Origin: Eledone cirrhosa
Lineage: Eukaryota
Assembly: GCA_964016885.1 (NCBI GenBank)
Contig: OZ024756.1
Location: 14,694,001-14,758,000, forward strand
Reading direction: 5' to 3'
Length of the DNA: 64,000 bases
Part shown: positions 51,001-64,000 of the stretch, piece by piece
Position numbering within the stretch: position 1 is the first letter of the stretch
Layout: each line of letters begins with the position of its first letter
Position numbers and translations under genes: made by a program
Notes under the pieces: generated by a model
Seen by the model: only the letters and a program-made list of their open reading frames with translations
Databases searched by the model: none
What the model was told of the DNA's origin: nothing

Positions 51001-54000
51001 CCAATGTTATATAAGACAGCTAACTGAAATCAACGGACAGGAACCAATGTTATATGAGACAGCTACCTGAAATCAACGGACAGGAACCAATGGTATATAA
51101 GATAGCTAACTGAAATCAACGGACAGGAACCAATGTTATATGAGACAGCTAACTGAAATCAACGGACAGGAACCAATGTTATATGAGACAGCTAACTGAA
51201 ATCAACAGACAGGAACCAATGTTATATAAGACAGCTAACTGAAATCAACGGACAGGAATCAATGTTATATGAGACAGCTAACTGAAATCAACTGACAGGA
51301 ACCAATGGTATATAAGACAGCTAACTGAAATCAACGGACAGGAACCAATGTTATATGAGACAGCTAACTGAAATCAACGGACAGGAACCAATGTTATATG
51401 AGACAGCTAACTGAAATCAACAGACAGGAACCAATGGTATATAAGACAGCTAACTGAAATCAACTGACAGGAACCAATGGTATATAAGACAGCTAACTGA
51501 AATCAACTGACAGGAACCAATGGTATATAAGGCAGCTAACTGAAATCAACGGACAGGAATCAATGTTATATGAGACAGCTAACTGAAATCAACTGACAGG
51601 AACCAATGGTATATAAGACAGCTAACTGAAATCAACTGACAGGAACCAATGGTATATAAGACAGCTAACTGAAATCAACGGACAGGAATCAATGTTATAT
51701 GAGACAGCTAACTGAAATCAACAGACAGGAACCAATGTTATATAAGACAGCTAACTGAAATCAACGGACAGGAATCAATGTTATATGAGACAGCTAACTG
51801 AAATCAACTGACAGGAACCAATGGTATATAAGACAGCTAACTGAAATCAACGGACAGGAATCAATGTTATATGAGACAGCTAACTGAAATCAACAGACAG
51901 GAACCAATGTTATATAAGACAGCTAACTGAAATCAACGGACAGGAACCAATGTTATATGAGACAGCTAACTGAAATCAACAGACAGGAACCAATGGTATA
52001 TAAGACAGCTAACTGAAATCAACTGACAGGAACCAATGGTATATAAGACAGCTAACTGAAATCAACGGACAGGAACCAATGTTATATAAGACAGCTAGCT
52101 GAAACCAACGGACACGAACCAATGTTATATAAGACAGCTAACTGAAATCAACTGACAGGAACCAATGTTATATAAGACAGCTAACTGAAATCAACGGACA
52201 CGAACCAATGTTATATAAGACAGCTAACTGAAATCAACGGACACGAACCAATGTTATATAAGACAGCTAACTGAAATCAACGGACAGGAACCAATGTTAT
52301 ATAAGACAGTTAACTGAAATCAACAGACACGAACCAATGTTATATAAGACAGCTAACTGAAATCAACGGACAGGAACCAATGTTATATAAGACAGCTAAC
52401 TGAAATCAACAGACACGAACCAATGTTATATAAGACAGCTAACTGAAATCAACAGACACGAACCAATGTTATATAAGACAGCTAACTGAAATCAACAGAC
52501 ACGAACCAATGTTATATAAGACAGCTAACTGAAATCAACGGACAGGAACCAATGTTATATGAGACAGCTAACTGAAATCAACAGACAGGAACCAATGGTA
52601 TATAAGACAGCTAACTGAAATCAACGGACAGGAACCAATGTTATATGAGACAGCTAACTGAAATCAACAGACAGGAACCAATGGTATATAAGACAGCTAA
52701 CTGAAATCAACAGACACGAACCAATGTTATATAAGACAGCTAACTGAAATCAACAGACACGAACCAATGTTATATAAGACAGCTAACTGAAATCAACAGA
52801 CACGAACCAATGTTATATAAGACAGCTAACTGAAATCAACAGACACGAACCAATGTTATATAAGACAGCTAACTGAAATCAACAGACACGAACCAATGTT
52901 ATATAAGACAGCTAACTGAAATCAACGGACAGGAACCAATGTTATATGAGACAGCTAACTGAAATCAACAGACAGGAACCAATGGTATATAAGACAGCTA
53001 ACTGAAATCAACTGACAGGAACCAATGGTATATAAGACAGCTAACTGAAACCAACTGACAGGAACCAATGTTATATAAGACAGCTAACTGAAATCAACTG
53101 ACAGGAACCAATGTTATATAAGACAGCTAACTGAAATCAACGGACAGGAACCAATGTTATATAAGACAGCTAACTGAAATCAACAGACACGAACCAATGT
53201 TATATAAGACAGCTAACTGAAATCAACAGACACGAACCAATGTTATATAAGACAGCTAACTGAAATCAACGGACACGAAACAATGTTATATAAGACAGCT
53301 AACTGAAATCAACGGACACGAACCAATGTTATATAAGACAGCTAACTGAAATCAACAGACACGAACCAATGTTATATAAGACAGCTAACTGAAATCAACA
53401 GACACGAACCAATGTTATATAAGACAGCTAACTGAAATCAACAGACACGAACCAATGTTATATAAGACAGCTAACTGAAATCAACGGACACGAACCAATG
53501 TTATATAAGACAGCTAACTGAAATCAACAGACACGAACCAATGTTATATAAGACAGCTAACTGAAATCAACAGACACGAACCAATGTTATATAAGACAGC
53601 TAACTGAAATCAACAGACACGAACCAATGTTATATAAGACAGCTAACTGAAATCAACGGACACGAAACAATGTTATATAAGACAGCTAACTGAAATCAAC
53701 GGACAGGAACCAATGTTATATAAGACAGCTAACTGAAATCAACAGACACGAACCAATGTTATATAAGACAGCTAACTGAAATCAACGGACAGGAACCAAT
53801 GTTATATAAGACAGCTAACTGAAATCAACGGACACGAACCAATGTTATATAAGACAGCTAACTGAAATCAACAGACACGAACCAATGTTATATAAGACAG
53901 CTAACTGAAATCAACGGACAGGAACCAATGTTATATAAGACAGCTAACTGAAATCAACGGACACGAACCAATGTTATATAAGACAGCTAACTGAAATCAA

Positions 54001-54712
54001 CAGACACGAACCAATGTTATATAAGACAGCTAACTGAAATCAACGGACAGGAACCAATGTTATATAAGACAGCTAACTGAAATCAACAGACACGAACCAA
54101 TGTTATATAAGACAGCTAACTGAAATCAACAGACACGAACCAATGTTATATAAGACAGCTAACTGAAATCAACGGACACGAAACAATGTTATATAAGACA
54201 GCTAACTGAAATCAACGGACACGAACCAATGTTATATAAGACAGCTAACTGAAATCAACAGACACGAACCAATGTTATATAAGACAGCTAACTGAAATCA
54301 ACAGACACGAACCAATGTTATATAAGACAGCTAACTGAAATCAACAGACACGAACCAATGTTATATAAGACAGCTAACTGAAATCAACGGACACGAAACA
54401 ATGTTATATAAGACAGCTAACTGAAATCAACGGACAGGAACCAATGTTATATAAGACAGCTAACTGAAATCAACAGACACGAACCAATGTTATATAAGAC
54501 AGCTAACTGAAATCAACGGACAGGAACCAATGTTATATAAGACAGCTAACTGAAATCAACGGACACGAACCAATGTTATATAAGACAGCTAACTGAAATC
54601 AACGGACAGGAACCAATGTTATATAAGACAGCTAACTGAAATCAACAGACACGAACCAATGGTATATAAGACAGCTAACTGAAATCGACGGACAGGAACC
54701 AATGGTATATAA
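48043..54712 (+). repeat. 43-bp satellite, main arm (~155 units)
   Basis: Unit tataagacagctaactgaaatcaacggacaggaaccaatgtta, the reverse complement of the left-arm unit. Confidence 0.97.
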
Positions 54713-55293
54713 TGTAGTGGATTATGGAGCTTGTCTATAAGTCAGCTTGCTGAAAGCAACGGGTATGCATCGGACTTTAACCTATGAATTATGCAAAGTT
54801 ATTTGGTGTGTATTGTAACTACTAGGTTATTTTCTCATTAGCCTCTGTAATTATGAAAGGTTCTGTCTCGTGGCTTCCATGATCATAATTTACCCGATGC
54901 CAAGCTTTATACACAATCAATCTGAGATACACACACACACACATACATAAACAATCACACTGATACACACACAGACACACACAAACACACACACAAAGAC
55001 ACACACAGACACGCACGCACACACAGGCTCATACACACACACTGACATGCACACACACAGACATACACAGACACGCACACACACACTGACACGCACACAC
55101 AGACAGACATACACACATATACCAAAATACTTGATATGTGTTATTGCAGCAATTATTCCACATATCGTCAGATATAAACACATCATATTCCTTTCATCTT
55201 ATATTTTCATTTATGACCTAGGATTTGGTCGTCTTTTAATTGAACATCCGCTAAGTGTATACACAGAATCTATATAGATACGCACACATAGAG

Positions 55294-55353
<60 letters not shown>

Positions 55354-55470
55354 CAAAGAGATATTTAATTTGTTGGTTATTCAACAAATTTATTTATAAC
55401 AATCGGTTATAGTTTAAAGTACTCTACATTAAAGGAGCTATTTATAAGCAAAGAGATATTTAATTTGTTG

Positions 55471-55508
<38 letters not shown>

Positions 55509-56051
55509 AGTTAATATAAATTAATATATGATAAACACCATTACTGTATTGGTGTTTATCATATATTAACTTGTATTTCACGGCTCAGAAATGCTTCTTT
55601 CTTTGAGCTAATTAATTGTAAAAGACTGAGTTTATAACTCTAAATATAATATATATATATAAACATTTGTTCGTTTTTAAAGAAGTAAGGAAATTTAAAA
55701 ACGATAAACGATATAATTGAAGTTTGAGTAGAGGGAAATATACTGGTCAAAACCTTCCACGTTGGATCAATTATTCGACTAATATTTTGTAGTTGCATTG
55801 TGGCGGTTTTTCAAAAAGCAAACATAATATATTTCAGGGCTATAACGCCCTTTTCAAATGTAAAACGAAAACGGTTCAAAACATTATGGAAAAGCACGGA
55901 AGTATATACTTAAGCACGAGCAGCATGAACGTGGCCTTTTAGTCCTGCTAGTGACTTTCCTATGGCCAGTAATACCATGCTAGGCAAAAGATGTTACATA
56001 TCAAGTGATGCCCATGCTTGAAGTTTTTATAGTGAGGACAGGCTTTACACA

Positions 56052-56115
<64 letters not shown>

Positions 56116-56272
56116 TGAATGGCTTATAACGTCGTTAGAAATAGCAGCCAAAATACCGTCTGGTACAGCTAGACAAATTAAGGAGCAGTTTCATATTAAT
56201 TAAAGGTTTAGTCATCTCTAGTACTTAAACATCTCCACGACAGAAATCTCTCAGAGAAACAATATTATATAT

Positions 56273-56455
56273 CTGTTTCTACTTTTGGCACAAGGCCAGC
56301 AATTATTCCAGTGTATTACTGGTACATTATTTTATCGACCTCGTAAAGATGAAAGGCAAAGTTAACCTCGGCGGGATTTGAACTCATACCATAAAGGGCC
56401 GTAACTCTTTGCTGCAAAACATGGCGTCCGACCCTCTACCGATACTGCCAATTCA
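56273..56455 (-). mobile_element. SINE family A
   Basis: Reverse-complement match. Confidence 0.85.
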
Positions 56456-57282
56456 TATTAATTCATATTAATTCAGATTAAGTGAGAAAAAACGCTAATT
56501 ATGGGAGTAGAAACAAGATAGACGGAAAATTATTCTATTTAACCCCCTGATATATATATCTCCCTACCATGGTTTCATATGGAGAAGAATTATTATTGGA
56601 ATCACCAATAACTGAAGAATCCGCCATTCACTTCAGGGGAGTTTAATTCTTCAAGAGCTAAGAGAAATTGAACAAGATATAATAAATACTGTTTTCGACA
56701 TTATAAGCTAGGAGATTTTGAGAACAAAACATTGCGTGTTTTTTATTCCAGCGTGCTTCTTCGGCAAATGGGACAGAGCGATCTCATCAGGAGGCAACTT
56801 CGACAGAATTTCGTAACAGGGTTACGTTGAACACAAACATATGGAAGATAGGGAAAAAACAATAGAAAATTGAAAAAGGAAAATTCGATTCGGGGACTGC
56901 CTGTAAAAAACTTGCTTTGTGAGGAGGCAGCCTCTCATATATATATATATATGCCATGTACGGCAACACTAATCTTTTTCCATTTCTCCGAGGGTTATAA
57001 ACCCCACTATCAGGCTAGAAATTTCTTTAGTCTAAAATACGGTGAAAGCTTATAATTTCTAATTTCAAACTCACGCACCGTTTCAAAAACATACTTACAT
57101 GTTTACATTTATATATATATATATATAGTGGTAGAAGACTGGAAGGTAATATCCGTATTGGTAGAGCACTCAGTCCATGGGACGAGTTTGGTAGAAGTGA
57201 TTACACAACGGTTAGTTCACCATATCGATCCTCAGCTCGTAATAACCATGTCCATTACGAGCTCGGATAATCATGTCCATTA

Positions 57283-57320
57283 CGAGCTGAGGATCCGCTA
57301 AGGTGAAACAATTGTTCTCG
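57283..57320 (+). ncRNA. Minimal type I hammerhead (paralog of 20533-20570) in a solo fold-back terminal repeat 57128-57355
   Basis: cgag-CTGAGGA-tccgctaaggt-GAAA-CAATTG-TT-ctcg. It differs from the 20533 copy at N7 and in loop II only. Confidence 0.8.
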
Positions 57321-57352
57321 GTATGGTGAACTAACTGTTGTGTAACCACTTC

Positions 57353-57383
<31 letters not shown>

Positions 57384-57692
57384 TACAATATATATACAAT
57401 AATTCAAGGTTAAGAAATTGTCTGGACAAAAGGTATCTACATAATACGCATGTTTGTACAATTATATTGGTGCAATGGGATTAAAAGATCTGTGAGTAAA
57501 TTTGTTAGAAGATCGATTCTTACCATTCATATACATATGTATACATAGATGCATTGCCAAAGAAACATCGGATAGCATATAAAAAACTTACTTAAATATG
57601 GTAAAATTCTGAAATTTCAACATTTCTATACAGCTGTTTCATATATACATATATAAAATAAGATTTCGCTTCAAGCATAGCTTTATACAATA

Positions 57693-58875
57693 CTAACAGT
57701 AAAGCCCGGCGTTGCTCGGGGTCGCTCAGTAGCTGTGTTAAAGTTACAATGTTAAGTTTCTTTTTTGGCTTAAAAACTGTAGTGTCTACTGTGCAGACTT
57801 GCATGTGGTGTTTTTGATTAATATTCCCTCAACCAACAATATGCCTTATGAAGTTAAGAAAACATAACGATAACCCGAATTAAAGTAAATTCAGCCTTAT
57901 AAGACCGTAAAATTAATTTAAACGTTTAATAGGGAAAGTTTGCTAACCGTCGTAATAAAAAAATAAATATCAATAACTTACGAAGTAATGAACTCGCCGA
58001 ACTTTTAAAGCGTTGTAGCATACAAAGGCAGTACAGTGCAAATGAAGCTATTAAACAAACTGGAGATTCCAATTCACTCTACTAAAGATTTACTTAATCG
58101 TCTGCACATTCGCTAATCGTCTGCTCATTCCATAAAAGGGAAATAATCGCCTATATCACCTCTCTGCATGACTGTCTGTCTGCACGCCTATATCACCTCT
58201 CTGCATGACTGTCTGTCTGCACGCCTATATCACCTCTCTGCACGACTATCTGTCTGCACGCGTATATCACCTCTCTGCACGACTGTCTGTCTGCACGCCT
58301 AACGAAATTTACAGATACATATATTTTAAATAAACTTATATAATTTTTGCTTTTTTTTACGAAATATTTGCTTGTTTTACGTAGTCTTTAAATAGACTTG
58401 TTTTCAAGTAAAAATATTGTTTTAAAAGGCTTTTAAATGGAAATGAAGCAAAACGGAAGCTTAGTGTTCGAACTGATGAATTTTGCAGGTCAAAATTTTG
58501 CTGGCTCGACAACTGTTCGTGTATTGTGTTAATGTCATTTTAAACGCTGAGAAAGCCAGCGTAATTTTTTTAATTTTTGCCAGCGTAATTTTTTGAATTT
58601 TTGCACGCAGAAAATGTAAAGAGAACGTAAGACGCTACGCTGAATGTAAACAGAACAAAGGGAAATAACTCATCACTTACGCTCAAAAATCGATACATTA
58701 TATTCAATTTCGTCAGATAGGGCGGATCAATTTGAAATATTTTTTTTCCGATGTCTTCGCTAGGGCTCAATGTACAAGTATAGCAATTTCGGTGCAATTC
58801 CGTGAGAGATTCTAAGAGGAGATGTGTGCCAAAAATCGATAGACAGACAGACAACCTCAGTTTTATATATATAGA
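57693..58875 (-). mobile_element. Non-autonomous Helitron-like element with internal 37-bp tandem repeat (58149-58300)
   Basis: 5' TCtatatatataaaactgaggttgtctgtctgtc; 3' hairpin cccgagcaacgccggg plus TTAG|T; unit gcctatatcacctctctgcatgactgtctgtctgcac x4. Confidence 0.65.
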
Positions 58876-59281
58876 TGTATAAAAATTTCGTATCTCCAAA
58901 GAAATACGGTTTTAGGAAGCCGTAGATATGCAAACACCCCGGGGGCTCTGTCTGTGCGTGTGTGTATGTGTGTGTGTGTGTGTGTATGTGTGTGTGCGTG
59001 CGTGTGATAAGTATTTCCGTAGAAAAGGCAAAGGAAAGAAGAGTGCTCTATGTATTGTACAGAGCTATTTAATAATTGTTTTGTCTGACGAACGAACTGG
59101 GTGTTTTTTTTACAAGAATCATCTAGTGTCTTCAAACCTTCAGTAATGAAATAATTAAATTATATTGTTTGTTATATATATATGTATATACATATACATA
59201 TATATATGTATATACATATATATATATACATATATATATATACATATACACATATACATATATATATATACATATACACAT

Positions 59282-59363
<82 letters not shown>

Positions 59364-59559
59364 ATTTTAAACGATATATAGAAATGTATCAATTGAGAAA
59401 CTAGGCTTTAATACATATTTACATATAGAAACAAATACAATTTAAGGTGTTGAATAGAAAACATTGCTCACGTGACGAATGTGTTATGTTTCGATGGCCG
59501 TACTTCGAAACGTGAAGTACAAGTCAACAGGTTATAATTCACTTTGTTTTTTCATAATC

Positions 59560-59618
59560 GTTGTTATACATATTTCGGTGATAACCGTTACGCAACGGTT
59601 ATGACCTCTTCAGACAGC
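59560..59618 (-). ncRNA. Type I hammerhead ribozyme motif
   Basis: Minus strand reads gctgt-CTGAAGA-ggtcataaccgtt gcgt aacggttatcacc-GAAA-TATGTA-TA-acaac. Stem II has 12 of 13 pairs and stem III is near-palindromic. Confidence 0.72.
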
Positions 59619-60077
59619 TAGAAGCTGAACAAAAAAAATGAGAACAGAACAATATTAAGAAGAAATAAAACTTACCCCTGTTGTTTCGATTCATTGATAT
59701 GCTCCAGGCTGTTATTTGGTGTTGGTCTCTCAAAGTCTTATTAGGATCAGGCTTAAGGAAGGGTTCGGCGCTTCGGACGGAATCCCTTCATCGGGAATTG
59801 GAGAGTTCGGAAAGAGTGAGAGAGAGAACAGAGAAGTACATCAGAGTTTTGAAAAAGTTGTTATGGAGGTTGCGGGTGGTAGGTGAGTGGTCCGGCATTC
59901 TTGAGAGACGGTGTGTGGGGGAGGGGGGTCCAAGAGTGTCATATGTGGTGGTAGTGTGTGTGTGCCGATGGGTTGAAATTGGTAGGTGTGCATTATTGCT
60001 TTTGTGAGTGTGTATGTATGCACGTGCATGTCCGAGTTTCATATTATGTGCACGTCGGTATGTATACCCCCCCCCAC

Positions 60078-60110
<33 letters not shown>

Positions 60111-60262
60111 TATACACACACATATATATATACATACATATATATATCTCACAGAAAGCGAATACTGCCACGCACACTCACATGTGACTAGTCACACGTA
60201 TACACATACATATACACACATCCTAAAAGTCATCTTTGTCTGGGACTACGAAGAAAGACTAT

Positions 60263-60305
60263 ACTTCGCTGAGGAGATCTAATGAGTACGAAACATGTCC
60301 AGATT
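60263..60305 (+). ncRNA. Hammerhead-like motif with eroded stems
   Basis: CTGAGGA-gatct aatg agtac-GAAA-CATG-TC. The core and palindromic stem III are intact, but stems I and II are poorly paired. Confidence 0.4.
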
Positions 60306-60767
60306 CAGTCGGTCAGTCTGTCGCCATATTGCCAAGATCAATTTCTTTCTCCCGATACTACATAGTACACATTCCATTCTATTTTTAAATATATTTAATA
60401 AGTCAATTTTGTTTTATTATTTTTTTTTTTTACTGTTTGAAACCAAAACGTAAAACAATTCACAAAAAAAAAACGTATTAAAACAACTTAATTAGTGTAA
60501 ATTAAGTCCGTCATTCCCCTCCTCTCCTTCCTCCACCTCACCCTACTTCCCCCACTGTCGTCTGATCTGTAGCAATATGATAACGTGAGTCATCAGTAAT
60601 TTCATTTAAACTACAAACCACCCACATTTTACACACTTAAAAATACACGGGACTCCGCCACCGCCTTTCCCTGTATAACTTTCTACCACCCTCTCTATCA
60701 CTGTTTTTCTTTCTCTACTTCTACTACTTCTGTCTGTCCTCCTCTCCTGTTACTTGTAGACTACCCT

Positions 60768-60801
<34 letters not shown>

Positions 60802-61286
60802 TCACACACACTCTTTCTCTCTCCGTTCATAGAAGTGAACAGAGAGACGGTGGGAATGGACAAATAAAGGACATAGAGAGGCGAGATAAAAGAGAAAGAG
60901 AGAGAGAGATGGAGAAGAGCATTTGGAAAGAATAAAAAAAAGAGAGAGAGAGAGTGACAGGGGGGAAGAGAGGGGGAGGGGGAAGAAGAGAGAAAAAGTG
61001 TCATCTCTTGTAATGGAAATCTACTTTGTTCCTTCTTAACTAACAACATCCCAATTTCTCTGATTCCATTCTCTATATACAATACCGTTTTGGTTCGTAT
61101 ACATACATACATTTTATATATATATATATATTTTATATATATATATTTTATATATATATATTTTTTATTTATATATATATATTTTTTATTTATATATATA
61201 TATTTTATATATATATATATATATATACATATACGGATATAGAACGTGTTGGTAGGTATCAAATTAAAAATACATGTGCATGTGTA

Positions 61287-61337
<51 letters not shown>

Positions 61338-61621
61338 TATATATATAAAGATAAAGATAAATAATTGTTTCTACTTTAGGCACAAGGCCAGCAATTACCC
61401 AGTGCGAAAGATAAATAATAATGGAAAATGATGTCGTTTAGAAGATTTTTCTCCACAAGTTGCCTACAAAGAACTAAGCAGAAGCAGTCCCACTTAACAA
61501 AGAAGACAGGGTGGCAATGGAGTGGGTGGGGGGTAGCAGTTGCGAAACTATTTGTAATTCATTGTAAATAGTTTTAGCGTATATTTATTGAACTGAAGTA
61601 TTTTCAGAATAAAATATTTGT

Positions 61622-61790
61622 CTGGCGGCGAATTGTCAGACATTAGATCGTCGGATAGAATACTTTATGGAATTCGTTCCGACTCTTTGCTCTCGAAACT
61701 CAAATCCTGCCGAGGTCGACTTTGCCTTTCGTTCTTTCGTGGTCGATAAAAAACGTAACAGTCTAGTACTGGGGTCGATTCTTCCCCTAT
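61622..61790 (+). mobile_element. Diverged SINE family A
   Basis: ggcggcgaattgtcag...aactcaaatcctgccgaggtcgactttgcctttcgttctttcgtggtcgataaaa. Confidence 0.7.
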
Positions 61791-61825
61791 ATCTCTTTCT
61801 TATTTCCTCTTTCTACCTTTCTCAG

Positions 61826-61895
61826 GAAGAAATCTGCTGGCTTCACGCCTGGAGAGAGATGGGCTCTGCCAGGCTTAAAATGCCCAAGAAACGCC
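61826..61895 (+). other. Candidate 70-nt spliceosomal exon
   Basis: Long polypyrimidine tract plus ctcAG acceptor and a perfect GTAAGT donor. Two frames are open (EEICWLHAWREMGSARLKMPKKR; KKSAGFTPGERWALPGLKCPRNA). Confidence 0.4.
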
Positions 61896-62106
61896 GTAAG
61901 TCCACACAGCGCCCGTACAACACTATCCGGAGTTACGAGAACATACCCTACATGTACAGATCTATAACTCCTAATTGAGTCGTGGGAGCAACGTGGTGAC
62001 TAGTTCGATAGAACGAATCTGTAACTCCTAATTGAATAGTTCGATAGAAAAATAGGTGATGGAACCAGTCTAGAGAATAAAACAATAACGAATGCCATTG
62101 CATCCG

Positions 62107-62149
<43 letters not shown>

Positions 62150-62152
<3 letters not shown>

Positions 62153-62376
62153 TTAAGGATCGATCGACTTTCGTTAAATCGGACCGAGGAAACGATGTTT
62201 CCGTCGGTCTTTCCAGTTGCTAGTACTATCTATCAGTCGCAACACCAGGTAGAAGGAGCAACGTGAAATAAAGTGTCTTGCTCAAGGACATAACGCACGC
62301 CCGGTCCAAGAATCGAACTCACAACCTCAATATTGTAAATCCAGTTCTCTAACCACTCAGCCACACGCCTTCACCA
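62150..62376 (-). mobile_element. SINE family B
   Basis: Reverse complement ggcgtgtggctgagtggttagag...gtgagttcgattcttggacc...tgtccttgagcaagacactt. Confidence 0.8.
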
Positions 62377-62495
62377 TATATATATATATATACATATATA
62401 CATATACATATATATATACACATATACATATATATATACACATATATACACATATACATATACATATATACATATATATATATACATATATATAT

Positions 62496-62528
<33 letters not shown>

Positions 62529-62557
62529 CATATACATATACATATACATACATATAC

Positions 62558-62602
<45 letters not shown>

Positions 62603-62736
62603 CATATACATATATACATATATACATATATACATATATACATATACATATATATACATATATATATATATACATATATATATATACACATATATATATA
62701 TACACATATATATATATACACATATATATATACACA

Positions 62737-62768
<32 letters not shown>

Positions 62769-62849
62769 CACATATATATATATATACATATATATATATA
62801 CACATATATATATATACACATATATATATATACACATATATATATATAC

Positions 62850-62894
<45 letters not shown>

Positions 62895-62943
62895 CACATA
62901 TATATATATACACATATATACATATACATACATATATATATAC

Positions 62944-62992
<49 letters not shown>

Positions 62993-63051
62993 CATATACA
63001 TATATATATATACATATATATATATATACATATACATACATATATATATAC

Positions 63052-63082
<31 letters not shown>

Positions 63083-63097
63083 CATATATATATATAC

Positions 63098-63128
<31 letters not shown>

Positions 63129-63139
63129 CATATACATAC

Positions 63140-63170
<31 letters not shown>

Positions 63171-63423
63171 CATATATATATACACATATATATACACATA
63201 TATATATACATATATATATACATATATATATATACATATATATATACATATATATACACATATATATATACATATATATATATACACATATATACACATA
63301 TATATATATACACATATATATACATATATATATATACACATATATATATACACATATATATACATATATATATATATACACATATATATACATATATATA
63401 TATACACATATATATATATACAC

Positions 63424-63454
<31 letters not shown>

Positions 63455-63473
63455 CACATATATATATATACAC

Positions 63474-63522
<49 letters not shown>

Positions 63523-63525
63523 CAC

Positions 63526-63556
<31 letters not shown>

Positions 63557-63623
63557 CACATATATATATATACACATATATATACACATATATATATATA
63601 TACACATATATATATATATACAC

Positions 63624-63654
<31 letters not shown>

Positions 63655-63667
63655 CACATATATATAC

Positions 63668-63698
<31 letters not shown>

Positions 63699-64000
63699 CA
63701 CATATATATACATATATATATATACACATATATATACATATATATATATATACACATATATATACATATATATATATACACATATATATACATATATATA
63801 TATATACACATATATATACATATATATATATACACATATATATACATATATATATATATACACATATATATACATATATATATATACACATATATATACA
63901 TATATATATATATACACATATATATACATATATATATATATACACATATATATATATATACACATATATATATATATACACATATATATACATATATATA
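62377..64000. repeat. (TA)n/(TACA)n/(TACACA)n compound microsatellite to the window end
   Basis: Direct reading of the sequence. Confidence 0.97.

Noticed and set aside
46519-54712. 43-bp array as a CRISPR array
   Set aside because: Units are directly adjacent with no unique spacers, there are no cas genes, and the context is eukaryotic.
48043-54712. Satellite unit as a tandem hammerhead (AAGA-cagctaact-GAAA spacing is suggestive)
   Set aside because: It has no CUGANGA box and no convincing stems I or III. At most it is a degenerate ancestry that I cannot support.
56775-56795. Minus-strand CTGATGA, and + strand CTGAAGA near 56612
   Set aside because: No downstream stem II/GAAA/UH in register.
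62349-63993. Long IYIY/YMCV ORFs (and similar poly-T/H/V/C ORFs throughout the window)
   Set aside because: They are translations of stop-free microsatellites.

Overview
This is repeat-saturated eukaryotic, AT-rich DNA. It is most likely intronic or intergenic sequence from a coleoid cephalopod (Octopus-like), inferred from the SINE families and microsatellite load. No intact protein-coding gene is visible, and almost all supplied ORFs are microsatellite artefacts. The window holds tRNA-derived SINEs of two families and decayed LINE fragments (RTE, Tx1/L1-like, CRE-type RLE). It also holds a Penelope-like (PLE) GIY-YIG relic, a mariner relic split by a 48-bp minisatellite, non-autonomous Helitron-like elements, hAT and Tigger MITE pieces, and an 8.2-kb 43-bp satellite with an internal inversion and a 46-unit higher-order duplication. 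The most striking signal is a dense set of about 14 type I hammerhead ribozyme motifs (CUGANGA / stem II / GAAA / stem III / UH) from many unrelated sequence families. About 8 have an intact core, and several have the palindromic stem III typical of dimer-forming PLE hammerheads. They sit in short non-coding elements that are usually embedded in (TA)n tracts and often arranged as fold-back inverted repeats. All calls were made by eye without searches, so boundaries are approximate.
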